Positions 35,677-45,414 of a stretch of DNA of 64,000 nucleotides are shown piece after piece. This stretch comes from Roseomonas sp. Its GTDB lineage: Bacteria > Pseudomonadota > Alphaproteobacteria > Acetobacterales > Acetobacteraceae. Both the position numbers and the translations under genes were made by a program. The notes under the pieces were generated by a model that was given only the letters and a program-made list of their open reading frames with translations, was not told where the DNA came from and made no database searches. Positions within the stretch are counted from its first letter, which is position 1. Every line of letters starts with the position of its first letter. The stretch covers positions 10,861 to 74,860 of the forward strand of contig JADCFP010000026.1 of assembly GCA_020249465.1 (NCBI GenBank), read 5' to 3'.

Positions 35677-37071
35677 ATGGCTGAGGCATTCGATCTGGTA
35701 GTGGTGGGTGGCGGGCCTGGCGGCTATGTCGCCGCCATTCGCGCGAGCCAATTGAAGATGAAGGTCGCGCTGGTGGAGCGCGAGAATCTTGGCGGCATTT
35801 GCCTGAATTGGGGCTGCATCCCGACCAAGGCCCTGCTGCGTGCTTCCGAAATCAATCATTTGCTGCATAGCCTGGATGCCTATGGCTTCGCCGCTGACAA
35901 TATCCGCTTTGATTTCGCGAAGGTGGTGAAGCGCTCACGCAGCGTAGCAGGGCAGCTTTCGGGCGGCGTGAAGCATTTGTTGCGCAAGAACAAGGTCACG
36001 GTGTTTGATGGGCATGGCAAGCTTGCTGGCGCCGGCAAGGTTGCGGTGACCAAGGATGGCAAGCCGGTGGCCGAATTGGTCGCCAAGCATATCATTCTGG
36101 CAACTGGTGCGCGGGCGCGTGTGCTGCCGGGGATTGAACCTGATGGCAAGCTGATCTGGTCCTATCGCGAAGCCATGACGGCGCCCGCCCTGCCGAAGCG
36201 GCTGATCGTGATTGGGTCTGGCGCGATTGGGTCTGAATTTGCGTCCTTCTATCGCAATATGGGGTCCGAAGTGACGCTGATTGAAGCGATGGATCGCATT
36301 CTGCCAGTGGAAGACGCGGAGGTTTCTGCCTTTGTCCACAAGGCTTTTGAAAAGCAGGGCATGAAGGTGCTGGTGGGTGCCAAGCTGCAAGGCGTGCGCA
36401 GGGAAGGCGATGCGATTGCCGCGATTGTGGAAGCCGGCGGCAAGGTAACCGAGATCAAGGCGGATCGGCTGATCAGTGCCGTTGGCATTGTTGGCAATGT
36501 CGAAGACCTTGGGCTTGAGGGCACCAAGATTCATGTGGACCGCACCCATATCATCACGGATGCTTTCGGCCGCACCGATGAGCCTAGCATTTATGCCATT
36601 GGTGACCTGACCGGCCCGCCTTGGCTCGCGCATAAGGCGTCTCATGAGGGGATCATTTGCGTTGAAGCCATTGCCGGGCTGCATCCGCATGCCATGGATA
36701 TCGGCAATATTCCGGGCTGCACCTATTGCCGGCCGCAGGTTGCCTCGGTTGGGCTGACGGAAGCCGCGGCCAAGGCCAAGGGGCATGAGGTGAAGGTCGG
36801 GCGCTTCCCCTTCATCGGCAATGGCAAGGCGATTGCGCTGGGTGAGCCGGAAGGTTTCGTGAAGACGGTCTTCGATGCCAAGACCGGCGCGCTTCTCGGC
36901 GCCCATATGGTGGGGCCGGAGGTCACGGAAATGATCCAGGGCTACGGCATTGCCCGTACTTTGGAGACAACCGAGGCCGAATTGATGCATACCGTCTTCC
37001 CGCACCCCACGGTTTCGGAAGCCATGCATGAAAGCGTGCTTGATGCTTACGGCCGGGTGATCCACATCTAG
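35677..37071 (+). CDS. lpdA: Dihydrolipoyl dehydrogenase (E3)
   Basis: 464 aa; DLVVVGGGPGGYVAAIRA, redox CLNWGCIPTK, C-terminal HPHPTVSE. Confidence 0.95.
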   Translation: MAEAFDLVVVGGGPGGYVAAIRASQLKMKVALVERENLGGICLNWGCIPTKALLRASEINHLLHSLDAYGFAADNIRFDFAKVVKRSRSVAGQLSGGVKHLLRKNKVTVFDGHGKLAGAGKVAVTKDGKPVAELVAKHIILATGARARVLPGIEPDGKLIWSYREAMTAPALPKRLIVIGSGAIGSEFASFYRNMGSEVTLIEAMDRILPVEDAEVSAFVHKAFEKQGMKVLVGAKLQGVRREGDAIAAIVEAGGKVTEIKADRLISAVGIVGNVEDLGLEGTKIHVDRTHIITDAFGRTDEPSIYAIGDLTGPPWLAHKASHEGIICVEAIAGLHPHAMDIGNIPGCTYCRPQVASVGLTEAAAKAKGHEVKVGRFPFIGNGKAIALGEPEGFVKTVFDAKTGALLGAHMVGPEVTEMIQGYGIARTLETTEAELMHTVFPHPTVSEAMHESVLDAYGRVIHI

Positions 37072-37092
37072 CGCCTGATCCGCGTAGGTCGT

Positions 37093-38112
37093 ATGACCGA
37101 AGCGGTGAAACAGCCGCTCAAATTAAGTCCTATCATGGCAGCAAATCGCATCGAAATTGACCATCGCGCCGCCAAGACGGGTGCCGAAAGGCATCCGGAA
37201 AAGGCGCATCGCCCGGACAACCCCATCCAGCGCAAGCCCGCCTGGATACGGGTAAAGGCGCCGACGCATCCGGTTTATCTGGAAACCCGCGCCCTGATGC
37301 GGGAGAAGAAGCTCGTCACGGTATGTGAGGAAGCGGCCTGCCCGAATATCGGCGAATGCTGGTCTCAACGCCACGCCACCATGATGATTATGGGCGAGAC
37401 CTGCACGCGCGCCTGCTCCTTTTGCAATGTCGCAACCGGTATTCCGAAGCCTTTGGATGCGGATGAACCGCGCCGTGTCGCGGAAGCGGTAGCTTCGCTT
37501 GGGCTGCGCCATGTGGTGATTACCAGCGTGGATCGCGATGATCTGGCTGATGGCGGTGCGGCGCATTTTGCCGAAACCATTCGCGCCATTCGCGCCGCCG
37601 CCCCCGGGACGACGATTGAGGTGCTGACACCGGATTTCCTGCGCAAGGATGGCGCGTTGGAAGTGGTGGTGTCGGCGCGGCCGGATGTTTTCAACCATAA
37701 TCTGGAAACCGTGCCGGCGCTCTATCCCAGCATTCGGCCCGGCGCGCGGTATTATCATTCTCTGAGGCTGCTGGATCGTGTGAAGCAGCTTGATCCTTCC
37801 ATTTTCACCAAATCCGGCATCATGGTGGGGCTTGGCGAAAAGCGCATTGAAGTGCTGCAAGTGATGGATGATCTGCGCAGTGCGGAGGTGGATTTCCTCA
37901 CCATCGGCCAATACCTGCAACCATCGGTGAAGCATGCGGCGGTGGATCGCTTCGTCACGCCAGATGAGTTTGAGGATTACGCCAAGGCCGCACGCGGCAA
38001 GGGGTTTTTGTTGGTATCTGCCACACCTTTGACCCGTTCTTCCTATCACGCGGATCGTGACTTCGCGGCGCTGAGTGCGGCGCGCAACGCGCAATTGGCT
38101 GCACAAGCCTGA
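37093..38112 (+). CDS. lipA: Lipoyl synthase
   Basis: [12 protein letters not shown] and [10 protein letters not shown] radical-SAM clusters. Start codon uncertain (alternative ATG 37135). Confidence 0.9.
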   Translation: MTEAVKQPLKLSPIMAANRIEIDHRAAKTGAERHPEKAHRPDNPIQRKPAWIRVKAPTHPVYLETRALMREKKLVTVCEEAACPNIGECWSQRHATMMIMGETCTRACSFCNVATGIPKPLDADEPRRVAEAVASLGLRHVVITSVDRDDLADGGAAHFAETIRAIRAAAPGTTIEVLTPDFLRKDGALEVVVSARPDVFNHNLETVPALYPSIRPGARYYHSLRLLDRVKQLDPSIFTKSGIMVGLGEKRIEVLQVMDDLRSAEVDFLTIGQYLQPSVKHAAVDRFVTPDEFEDYAKAARGKGFLLVSATPLTRSSYHADRDFAALSAARNAQLAAQA

Positions 38113-38113
38113 C

Positions 38114-38581
38114 ATGCCGACCCATGCAGAAAAGAAGGTGCTCCGTTATTCGCAGGAGCAGCTTTTCGACATGGTCGCCGATGTGGCGCGCTATCCCGAA
38201 TTCCTGCCCTGGTGCGTTGGCGCGCGGGTACTGAGCCGCGATGAACAGGTGCTGGTCGCGGATTTGACCATCGGCTTTCGCATGTTTCGTGAAACCTTCC
38301 GGTCCCGCGTGGGTTTGAACAAGCCTGGCCATATTCATGTGACTTATGAAAACGGGCCTTTCCGCTATTTGAACAATCATTGGCGCTTCACGCCGGTGGC
38401 GGGTGGGACGGAAGTGGATTTCTTCGTGGATTTCGAATTCCGCAGCCGCATTCTGCAAGTGGCGATTGGCGTGGTGTTCAATGAAGCGGTGCGGCTGATG
38501 GTGCGCGCCTTTGAAAGGCGCGCAATGCATCTTTACGGGCGGCCGGGCGCGGCTGGCATTGGCAAGCCGGCCTCGGCCTGA
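38114..38581 (+). CDS. SRPBCC/START-fold protein (RatA / COQ10-like)
   Basis: Start moved to MPTHAEKKVLRYSQEQLFDMVADVARYPEFLPWC... Typical position after lipA. Confidence 0.75.
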   Translation: MPTHAEKKVLRYSQEQLFDMVADVARYPEFLPWCVGARVLSRDEQVLVADLTIGFRMFRETFRSRVGLNKPGHIHVTYENGPFRYLNNHWRFTPVAGGTEVDFFVDFEFRSRILQVAIGVVFNEAVRLMVRAFERRAMHLYGRPGAAGIGKPASA

Positions 38582-38586
38582 GGCAC

Positions 38587-39555
38587 TTACTGTAATTTTA
38601 TGTTGCGTACCTGGATCATGTTGCGCCATTTGGCGTTCTCAGCCGCGAAATAGGCTGGCCATTCGGCGGTGCTTCCAACCGTGGGCACCACGGCAAGCGC
38701 GCTCAGGCGTTCGCGCGTGTCGGGCGCTTCCATCGCGGCCTTGGTGAGTGCATGCATGCGCGCCAGGATATCGGCAGGCACGCCGGTGGGCGCTTGCAAG
38801 GCGATATGTTCCACCACCTCCACGCCCGGAAAGCCCTGTTCGGCGAAGGTTGGGATTTCGGGCGTCAGCGGGCTTCTTTCCTTTGTCGCCACAGCAAGCG
38901 CGCGCAGCGAACCGGAACGGATATGCGGCAAAATGCCTGATGCCGCCTGGAAAACCATCGGCGTTTCATTGGCAAGCACCGCCTGCACCGCCGGTGCGCC
39001 ACCACGATAGCCGACATCCTGAATGGTAAGTCGCGCTTCCTGCAAGAAAAGCTCGGTCGCGAGATGCGTCGAAGACCCCGTGCCGGAATTGGCATAGGTC
39101 AGGTTGCTGTTTGGCCGGCGCGCGATTTCGACATATTCCGCAAGGGTGCGCGCGGGAAAGCTTGGATTGACCACCATGATGATCGGCATCGAAGCAATCA
39201 GCCCAATACCGACGAAATCCTTTTCATTGTCGTAAGGCAGCGGCATCAGATGCGGCGCCATGGCATAGGTGCTGACGGTGCTGACCAGCATGGTATAGCC
39301 ATCGGGCCGTGCGCGCGCGACGCTATTGAAGCCAATCGTGCCATTGGCGCCGGTGCGGTTATCCACCACAAAACTGCGGCCCGTATCGGTGGAAAGCTTT
39401 TGCGCCAGAATGCGCGCCACCGCATCGGTGGAACCACCCGCGGCCCAGGGCACCACCAGCGTGACAGGGCGGCTTGGCCAGGCATCCTGCGCACGCGCGA
39501 TACTGGGCAGCAGCGCAGGGGCGGCAAGCAGGGCAAGGTGACGGCGAGAGATCAT
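38587..39555 (-). CDS. Bug/TctC-family substrate-binding protein
   Basis: The track ORF is over-extended. Start 39555 has AAGGAGGA upstream. MISRRHLALLAAPALLPSIARAQDAWPSRPVTLVVPWAAGGSTD. Confidence 0.9.
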   Translation of the reverse strand: MISRRHLALLAAPALLPSIARAQDAWPSRPVTLVVPWAAGGSTDAVARILAQKLSTDTGRSFVVDNRTGANGTIGFNSVARARPDGYTMLVSTVSTYAMAPHLMPLPYDNEKDFVGIGLIASMPIIMVVNPSFPARTLAEYVEIARRPNSNLTYANSGTGSSTHLATELFLQEARLTIQDVGYRGGAPAVQAVLANETPMVFQAASGILPHIRSGSLRALAVATKERSPLTPEIPTFAEQGFPGVEVVEHIALQAPTGVPADILARMHALTKAAMEAPDTRERLSALAVVPTVGSTAEWPAYFAAENAKWRNMIQVRNIKLQ

Positions 39556-39700
39556 GGGGTCCTCCTTCGGGATTTCTTTTGCTTTCAATAGGATTGACCG
39601 GATGGGCATGGCAAGCGGCTTTTCAGCCTCGTCGGTTTTTCTTGCTTTCCGGTGCCTGGCTGGGGAAGACTGAGCACTCCCCAAGGGCAGGAGACGGGTT

Positions 39701-41200
39701 ATGGGCGGATTTCTGACCGATGATGATCTGAACCAATTGCAGCCGGCGGATGAGGTGATGTTCCCCTCTCCCATCCCGACACAGGTGGTGTCATCCGATG
39801 AATTCTGGCCAATGCCGCAGACCGAAAAGCAGAAGGCGGTTGAAGCGCGCATCAAGGAAATGGCTGATGAGATCGGCGCGAAGCAGGGTTTGGGGCGGCG
39901 ACGCTTTCTGCAAACCGCTTCCGGCATGGCGGCCGCCTTCCTGGCCATGAATGAAGTCCATGGCCCGCTTTACGCCGTCAGCCGTGCTGAGGCACAGCAG
40001 CCGGATGCGGCAGCGGCGCGCGCGGCGGCGCTGAAGGACCAGTTCATCATGGATGTGCATACGCATTTCCTCCGCCCCGATACGCGCATCATGACCTTCG
40101 TCAATGCGCGACGCGCGGTCGGGCAGGCCGGATGGAATCCTGATCTGGTCGGCAAGGAACAGACCATTCAGGATCTGATGGAAGCAAGCTGGTTCAAGGA
40201 AGTGTTTCTTGATTCGGACACCAAGGTGGCGCTGATCAGCGGCGCGCCTTCCGAAGAACCGATTGATTGGTTCCTGACCAATGACATGAAGTTCGATGCC
40301 CGCAAACGCGTGAATGATGCTGCAGGGACCAAACGCGTACTCTCTCACGCGATTTTCACACCCGGCCAGCCAGGCTGGATGGATGAGGTTGAGCGTTCCA
40401 TCGAACAGCTCAAGCCCGATAGCTTCAAGGGCTATACGATTGGCGATAACACCAACAAGCATCTGGCCATTCATCCGTGGCGCATGGATGATGAAAAGCT
40501 GCTCTATCCTTTCTACGAACGGCTGCTCAAGGCCGGCATCAATATCGTTTGTGTACATAAGGGGCTTTTCCCGCAGCAGGTGACGCAGCAATTCCCGCAT
40601 CTGTTGCCCTTTGCCGGTGTTGATGATGTGGGCAAGGCGGCTAAGGATTGGCCGCAGATCAACTTTGTCATCTACCATTCTGCCTATCGCTGGACCGGCG
40701 GCGGTGGTGCCGGCATGGGCGTTGAGCAATTCGCGCGCACCGGCCGCGTGGATTGGACCACTGATTTGTCAGAGATTCCGGCGAAATATGGTGTCACGAA
40801 TGTCTATGGTGATCTTGGCCAGATTTTTGCGCAAACGACCGTAATTGAACCCGGTCTTTGCGCTGCGCTGATGGGTACCCTCATTCGCGGTCTGGGCGCT
40901 GATCATGTCGTTTGGGGTACGGATGCGATTTGGACAGGCTCTCCACAATGGCAGATTGAAGCGTTGCGGCGACTTGAAATTCCGGAAGACATGCAGCGTC
41001 GCCATGGCTTCGCGCCCCTCGGCCCCGCGGATGGGCCGGTGAAGACCGCAATCTTCGGCGGCACTTCGGCGAAAATGTATCGCTATGATCAGCGTCGTGC
41101 GGGGCTTGATGGTGATGGCGTGGCGCGCGTGAAGGCGCAATACGCTGCGGCCGGTGGCAATCGCAGCAACAAGGCCTATGGCTATGTGCTGGCGGGATAG
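39701..41200 (+). CDS. Amidohydrolase-2 family (TIM-barrel metal-dependent hydrolase/decarboxylase) protein
   Basis: 499-aa ORF; ...FIMDVHTHF... metal-binding start of the barrel. Twin-arginine-like GRRRFLQTASGMAAAFLA lies about 65 residues in. The true start may instead be 39860. Confidence 0.7.
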   Translation: MGGFLTDDDLNQLQPADEVMFPSPIPTQVVSSDEFWPMPQTEKQKAVEARIKEMADEIGAKQGLGRRRFLQTASGMAAAFLAMNEVHGPLYAVSRAEAQQPDAAAARAAALKDQFIMDVHTHFLRPDTRIMTFVNARRAVGQAGWNPDLVGKEQTIQDLMEASWFKEVFLDSDTKVALISGAPSEEPIDWFLTNDMKFDARKRVNDAAGTKRVLSHAIFTPGQPGWMDEVERSIEQLKPDSFKGYTIGDNTNKHLAIHPWRMDDEKLLYPFYERLLKAGINIVCVHKGLFPQQVTQQFPHLLPFAGVDDVGKAAKDWPQINFVIYHSAYRWTGGGGAGMGVEQFARTGRVDWTTDLSEIPAKYGVTNVYGDLGQIFAQTTVIEPGLCAALMGTLIRGLGADHVVWGTDAIWTGSPQWQIEALRRLEIPEDMQRRHGFAPLGPADGPVKTAIFGGTSAKMYRYDQRRAGLDGDGVARVKAQYAAAGGNRSNKAYGYVLAG

Positions 41201-41298
41201 GCCCTTGCCCTGACGCGGGCTTTGTCCTTTCCTTACCCGTAAGAAGAAGCGTTCGCGCGCGTGTGGCGCGAATCAAAGCTTGGGAAGGGAAAGCGGTG

Positions 41299-42264
41299 AT
41301 GCAGCGTCGCGCGTTATTGGCAGCCATGGGTGGGCTTGCTGCGGCACCCGCCCTTGCGCAACCGCAAGCCTGGCCCAGCCGCCCGATCCGCCTGATTATT
41401 CCCTATCCGCCAGGGGGTGCGACCGATACCTTGGCGCGGCCCTTTGCGGAACGGATGCGTGCCCGGCTGGGTCAGGCTGTCGTGATTGAAAATCGCGGCG
41501 GGGCCGCCACCACTATCGGCATGGAAGCCGCCGCGCGCGCTGCGCCTGATGGCTATACGCTAGTCATGAACGCCGACAATATCGCTTATTTCCCGCTGCT
41601 CTATCGCCGCCTGCCCTATGATTTGTTTCGCGATTTCGTCGCGGTTTCCAATATTGCCTCAACCGGCCTGGTGCTGGCCATCAATCCGCGCCTGCCGGCG
41701 AATGATTTGCAGGAATTCGTAGCACTTTTGAAGCGCGAGCCGGATCGCTACGCCTTCGCCAATCCAAGCCTCGGCGCGCCGCATCATCTGGGATATGAGC
41801 TTTTCGCGCGCGAAGCGGGCGTGAAGATGTTGCAGGTGGAATATCGCGGCGGTGGCCCTGCCCTGAATGATGTGCTGGCTGGACATGCGCATCTTGGCGT
41901 GTTTTCGCTCGGTGCTGTCAGCCAGCATTTCCAATCCGGCACGCTCCGCCCCCTTGCCATCCTTTCGCCCCGGCGTTCTGCCATTGCGCCTGATGTGCCA
42001 ACAACGGCGGAAGCGGGCCTGCCGCGCGTGCTTTCCGCGATCAATTTCATGCTCTTTGCCCCGGCTGCGACACCGCCCGAAGTCATCGCGAGCCTGAATG
42101 CCGCCTGCCTCGCCGTCATGGAAGAATCGGCACTGCGCGAACAACTGACACGCGCGGGGTTCGAGGTAATGACGAGCACACCCGATGAAGCCATGGCGAT
42201 TTTGCGTGCTGAGCGCGACCGTTGGGCGCCGATCCTGGCGGGGCTTAATCTCAATCTCGACTGA
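41299..42264 (+). CDS. Bug/TctC-family substrate-binding protein
   Basis: MQRRALLAAMGGLAAAPALAQPQAWPSRPIRLIIPYPPGGATD. Confidence 0.9.
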   Translation: MQRRALLAAMGGLAAAPALAQPQAWPSRPIRLIIPYPPGGATDTLARPFAERMRARLGQAVVIENRGGAATTIGMEAAARAAPDGYTLVMNADNIAYFPLLYRRLPYDLFRDFVAVSNIASTGLVLAINPRLPANDLQEFVALLKREPDRYAFANPSLGAPHHLGYELFAREAGVKMLQVEYRGGGPALNDVLAGHAHLGVFSLGAVSQHFQSGTLRPLAILSPRRSAIAPDVPTTAEAGLPRVLSAINFMLFAPAATPPEVIASLNAACLAVMEESALREQLTRAGFEVMTSTPDEAMAILRAERDRWAPILAGLNLNLD

Positions 42265-42275
42265 AAGGAATTTCC

Positions 42276-43007
42276 ATGTCTGTTCTTGATATCAAGGGTG
42301 ATGCACGGCGCGTTGTGGATGCGGTGAAGGCCGGCGGTGTGGCGGTGTTTCCAACCGATGTCGGCTATGCCGGTACGGGCGGGTGCGAGGCAGCGCTGAC
42401 GCGGTTTTTTCTGGCCAAGGGTCGTGGCGCGCATAAGCGCAATGCCATGCTGGGCAGCTTGGCCGTGCATGATGAAGTGCATGACATGCCCGCGCGCGGC
42501 AAGGAAATGATCCGTGCCCTGGTGCTGGATTATGATTTACCGATCTCGGCCATCGGGTCTTATCGCGCGGATCACCCGCTGTTGCGCCGGCTGGGTGACG
42601 CAGCGTTATCGGCCAGCACGGAAGGTGGCACACTGGCGATATTGATGAATGTCGGCGCGCTGGAAGCGGAAATGGCGCGACTGGCCCTGGCCGAAGGTCA
42701 GCCGCTGTTTGGTTCTTCTGCGAACCTGACTGGTACCGGTACGAAATTCCGGGCAGAGGATGTGCAGCCGGAAATTCGCGGTTGCGCCGATATGGTGATT
42801 GATTATGGCTTGCAGAAGTATCATCGCTATCGTCGGTCTTCCACCATGATTGATTTTACCACCATGGAAGTCGTCAGGATCGGCAGTTGTTACGAATTGA
42901 TCCAGGATGTCCTGCGCCGGCATTTCAAGGTTGAATTGCCGCCTGATCCAGGGCTGGAGGCACTGCCGTCAGGCCATGTTCGCGAGGCGCAGCGCAAATA
43001 TGCGTAA
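42276..43007 (+). CDS. Stand-alone Sua5/YciO/YrdC-like domain protein
   Basis: 243 aa; ...AVKAGGVAVFPTDVGYAGTGG... and ...PLFGSSANLTGTG... resemble YrdC-fold motifs. Confidence 0.6.
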   Translation: MSVLDIKGDARRVVDAVKAGGVAVFPTDVGYAGTGGCEAALTRFFLAKGRGAHKRNAMLGSLAVHDEVHDMPARGKEMIRALVLDYDLPISAIGSYRADHPLLRRLGDAALSASTEGGTLAILMNVGALEAEMARLALAEGQPLFGSSANLTGTGTKFRAEDVQPEIRGCADMVIDYGLQKYHRYRRSSTMIDFTTMEVVRIGSCYELIQDVLRRHFKVELPPDPGLEALPSGHVREAQRKYA

Positions 43008-43014
43008 CGCAATA

Positions 43015-43040
43015 CGGGCGCGGGGATGAACCCGCGCCCG
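43015..43040. terminator. Bidirectional terminator-like hairpin between convergent genes
   Basis: CGGGCGCGGG-gatgaa-CCCGCGCCCG: perfect 10-bp GC stem between the stops at 43007 (+) and 43047 (-). Confidence 0.55.
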
Positions 43041-43046
43041 ATGGCT

Positions 43047-44429
43047 TTATTCGGCGGCGCGCAGTGCCGTTTGGCTGCGCAGCTTCACAATACCGGGAAG
43101 CGCGTGACCCTTCCACAGCGCGTCCAACAGTGCCTTGGCTTCCTGCGCGCCAATCGCATCTGCCGTCAGTTCCAGGAATTTGTCGCCCAGATCGGCATCC
43201 GAAAGCGGCGCATCCGGATCACCCTTGCGGGTGTGTTGATGGCGGTTCAGCACGCGGCCATCACGCAGCTTGATTTCCACCTTTGCTGAACGCTTGGATG
43301 GGAAGGCAGCGGCGCATTCGGGATCAAGCGCGACCGTGACTTTCGGCATCAGCGCGCGGATCGCGGGATCGGTCAGGCGGTCTGGCTCGAACGCCGCCAG
43401 ACGCACACCGCCATAAAGCAACATGGTCGCGACGGTGAATTGCGTAGAGAAACGGCAATCCTGTTCTGTCGCGGCGGTCGGGCGATCACAGACATCCTTG
43501 GTTGCCTTGTAGCCGCCGACATGCACGCCAAGCACATCACCCGCGCTGAAGCCGGCTTCGCGTTGCAGATCGCGCACCGCATCAAGCGCTGCGAAAATAT
43601 GCCCGCAGCAGCCATGATTCTTGAAGGTCATATCCGTGATGGCATAAGGCTTGCCGATATTGGCCAGCGACTTTTCCCATTTGCCGGTATCTTCGCTGGT
43701 GGCGGCTGCAAAGCCCGCCGGGCCATGCAGCACGTCCAGCGCGCCAGTCATGCCGCGCGCCGCCGCCATGGCGGCCATGGCGCCGGCTTCCGCCGCATGG
43801 CCGGGATGCAAAGGCTTCGACATGCCTTCCCCGCGGAAGGCTTGTTGCAGGCCGCTTGCCATGGTGGCGCAGGTTGCAATGGCGTGTGCTGTACGTTCCG
43901 CATCGCAATTCAGCGCCACCGCCACCGCTGCCGCCGCACCAAAAGTGCCAACCGTGCCGGTGGTATGCCAGAAATCATAATGAGAAGGCTGCACCGCCAC
44001 GCCGATGCGGCAGGAAACCTCATACCCCGCAATCATCGCGCGCAGCAGCAAATCCATATCCGCGCCGCGTGACTGCGCCGCCGCCAGCGCTGCCGCGATG
44101 GTCGGGCAGCCCGGATGATAGACGGCGTAGCGATAGATATCGTCGAATTCCACGGTATGGGATGCCGTGCCATTCAACAGCGCGGCATGACGGAGCGGCA
44201 CCTGGCGGCCGCTCACGTAACACACCGCACCACCACCGCCGCGCGTTTCATCTTCAAGCGCGGCTGACATCAATGTCGCGGGCGCGCGGGATGCGCCCGG
44301 AAGCAAGGCTGCGAACCAATCCACCAAGGCGCGCCGCGCGTGATGCGCAACCTCGGCATCAACCGTGCGGCTGCGCCAAGAAGCAGCGTGATCCGCCAGA
44401 ATGAGTAAGGGGTTTTCCATGATGGGCAT
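43047..44429 (-). CDS. MmgE/PrpD-family protein (2-methylcitrate dehydratase-like)
   Basis: 460 aa; ...ARRALVDWFAALLPG..., ...HTVEFDDIY..., ...FKNHGCCGH... are typical PrpD-family blocks. Confidence 0.8.
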   Translation of the reverse strand: MPIMENPLLILADHAASWRSRTVDAEVAHHARRALVDWFAALLPGASRAPATLMSAALEDETRGGGGAVCYVSGRQVPLRHAALLNGTASHTVEFDDIYRYAVYHPGCPTIAAALAAAQSRGADMDLLLRAMIAGYEVSCRIGVAVQPSHYDFWHTTGTVGTFGAAAAVAVALNCDAERTAHAIATCATMASGLQQAFRGEGMSKPLHPGHAAEAGAMAAMAAARGMTGALDVLHGPAGFAAATSEDTGKWEKSLANIGKPYAITDMTFKNHGCCGHIFAALDAVRDLQREAGFSAGDVLGVHVGGYKATKDVCDRPTAATEQDCRFSTQFTVATMLLYGGVRLAAFEPDRLTDPAIRALMPKVTVALDPECAAAFPSKRSAKVEIKLRDGRVLNRHQHTRKGDPDAPLSDADLGDKFLELTADAIGAQEAKALLDALWKGHALPGIVKLRSQTALRAAE

Positions 44430-44431
44430 TG

Positions 44432-45406
44432 CTACGCGTTGCCGCGCAGTACCTCCTTATTGATGACAACATCAGGATCAAGCTGACCCTTGAAATGGCT
44501 GATGATGCTCTCCGCACAGGAAAGTCCCATGCGGCGCATGCCCTGTTCCGTCGCGGCGGCGGAATGTGGGGAGACCACAACATTCGGCAAATCAAGCAGC
44601 GGCAGTCGCGTGGTGACAGGTTCTTCCCAGAAAACATCCAGCCCGGCAGTGGCAAGATGCCCGGTTTTCAACGCGGCGGTGAGTGCCGCTTCATCCACCA
44701 AAGTGCCGCGCGCGGTATTGATATAGGTGCCGCCTGGCTTCATGGCGGCCAGGAAAGTGCCATTCACCATGCCGCGCGTTTCTTCATTGCTCGGGCAATG
44801 GGTGGTGACGATATCGGCTTCCGCCAAGCCTTCATGCAGCACCTTCACCGGGCGGAAGCCAGCGCCCTTGATGGTGTTCTGCGGGATATAGGGGTCATGC
44901 ACCAGCACCTCCATCCCGAAGGCCGCGCAGAGCCGCGCAACGCGCCCACCAATGCGCCCGAAACCAATAATCAGCACCTTGCGCCCGGATAGATCCCAGG
45001 TTTTCAGCGAATGCTTGGAACCCCAATCCAGTGCACGCAGGTTTTTATCATAATCCAGCGTACGCCGAGATGTGGACAGCATTAGCATCATGGCGTGTTC
45101 GGCGACCGAAAGCGCATTGGCATCGGGCGTCACGGTCAGCGGAATGCCACGTTCCGTTAGCGCCTCCACATCCACCGCATCATAACCCACGCCATGGCGC
45201 GCGCAGATGGAAAGCATCGGGGCGTTTGCCAGGAAGTCACGATTGATCGGGGTGGCGCGGACGATGATGGCTTCTGCGGTTTGCATCGGCTCCCGCAGCG
45301 TATCCGCATTCACCTCGGTCAACATCGTGACCTTGAAATCGGGTTCCGCATGCAGCCTTGCCATGGCATCGGGGTGCAGCGGTCGCAAGCAAACGATATG
45401 GGGCAT
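44432..45406 (-). CDS. D-isomer-specific 2-hydroxyacid dehydrogenase (PGDH-like)
   Basis: Start 45406 (AGGAAA SD). MPHIVCLRPLHPDAM...; GRKVLIIGFGRIGGRVA NAD fold; ...NTARGTLVDE...DVF..EP...SPHSAA. Confidence 0.8.
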   Translation of the reverse strand: MPHIVCLRPLHPDAMARLHAEPDFKVTMLTEVNADTLREPMQTAEAIIVRATPINRDFLANAPMLSICARHGVGYDAVDVEALTERGIPLTVTPDANALSVAEHAMMLMLSTSRRTLDYDKNLRALDWGSKHSLKTWDLSGRKVLIIGFGRIGGRVARLCAAFGMEVLVHDPYIPQNTIKGAGFRPVKVLHEGLAEADIVTTHCPSNEETRGMVNGTFLAAMKPGGTYINTARGTLVDEAALTAALKTGHLATAGLDVFWEEPVTTRLPLLDLPNVVVSPHSAAATEQGMRRMGLSCAESIISHFKGQLDPDVVINKEVLRGNA

Positions 45407-45414
45407 GGTGTTTC

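Noticed and set aside
38114-38581. RatA-like gene as a type II toxin-antitoxin toxin.
   Set aside because: There is no small antitoxin ORF adjacent. The position directly after lipA is the conserved housekeeping synteny of SRPBCC/COQ10-like proteins in Alphaproteobacteria. Treated as a START-fold protein, not a TA module.
42287-42298. Perfect 12-bp palindrome CTTGATATCAAG resembling FNR/CRP half-sites.
   Set aside because: It lacks the 4-nt spacer of the TTGAT-N4-ATCAA consensus. It also lies inside the first codons (S-V-L-D-I-K) of the YrdC-like gene.
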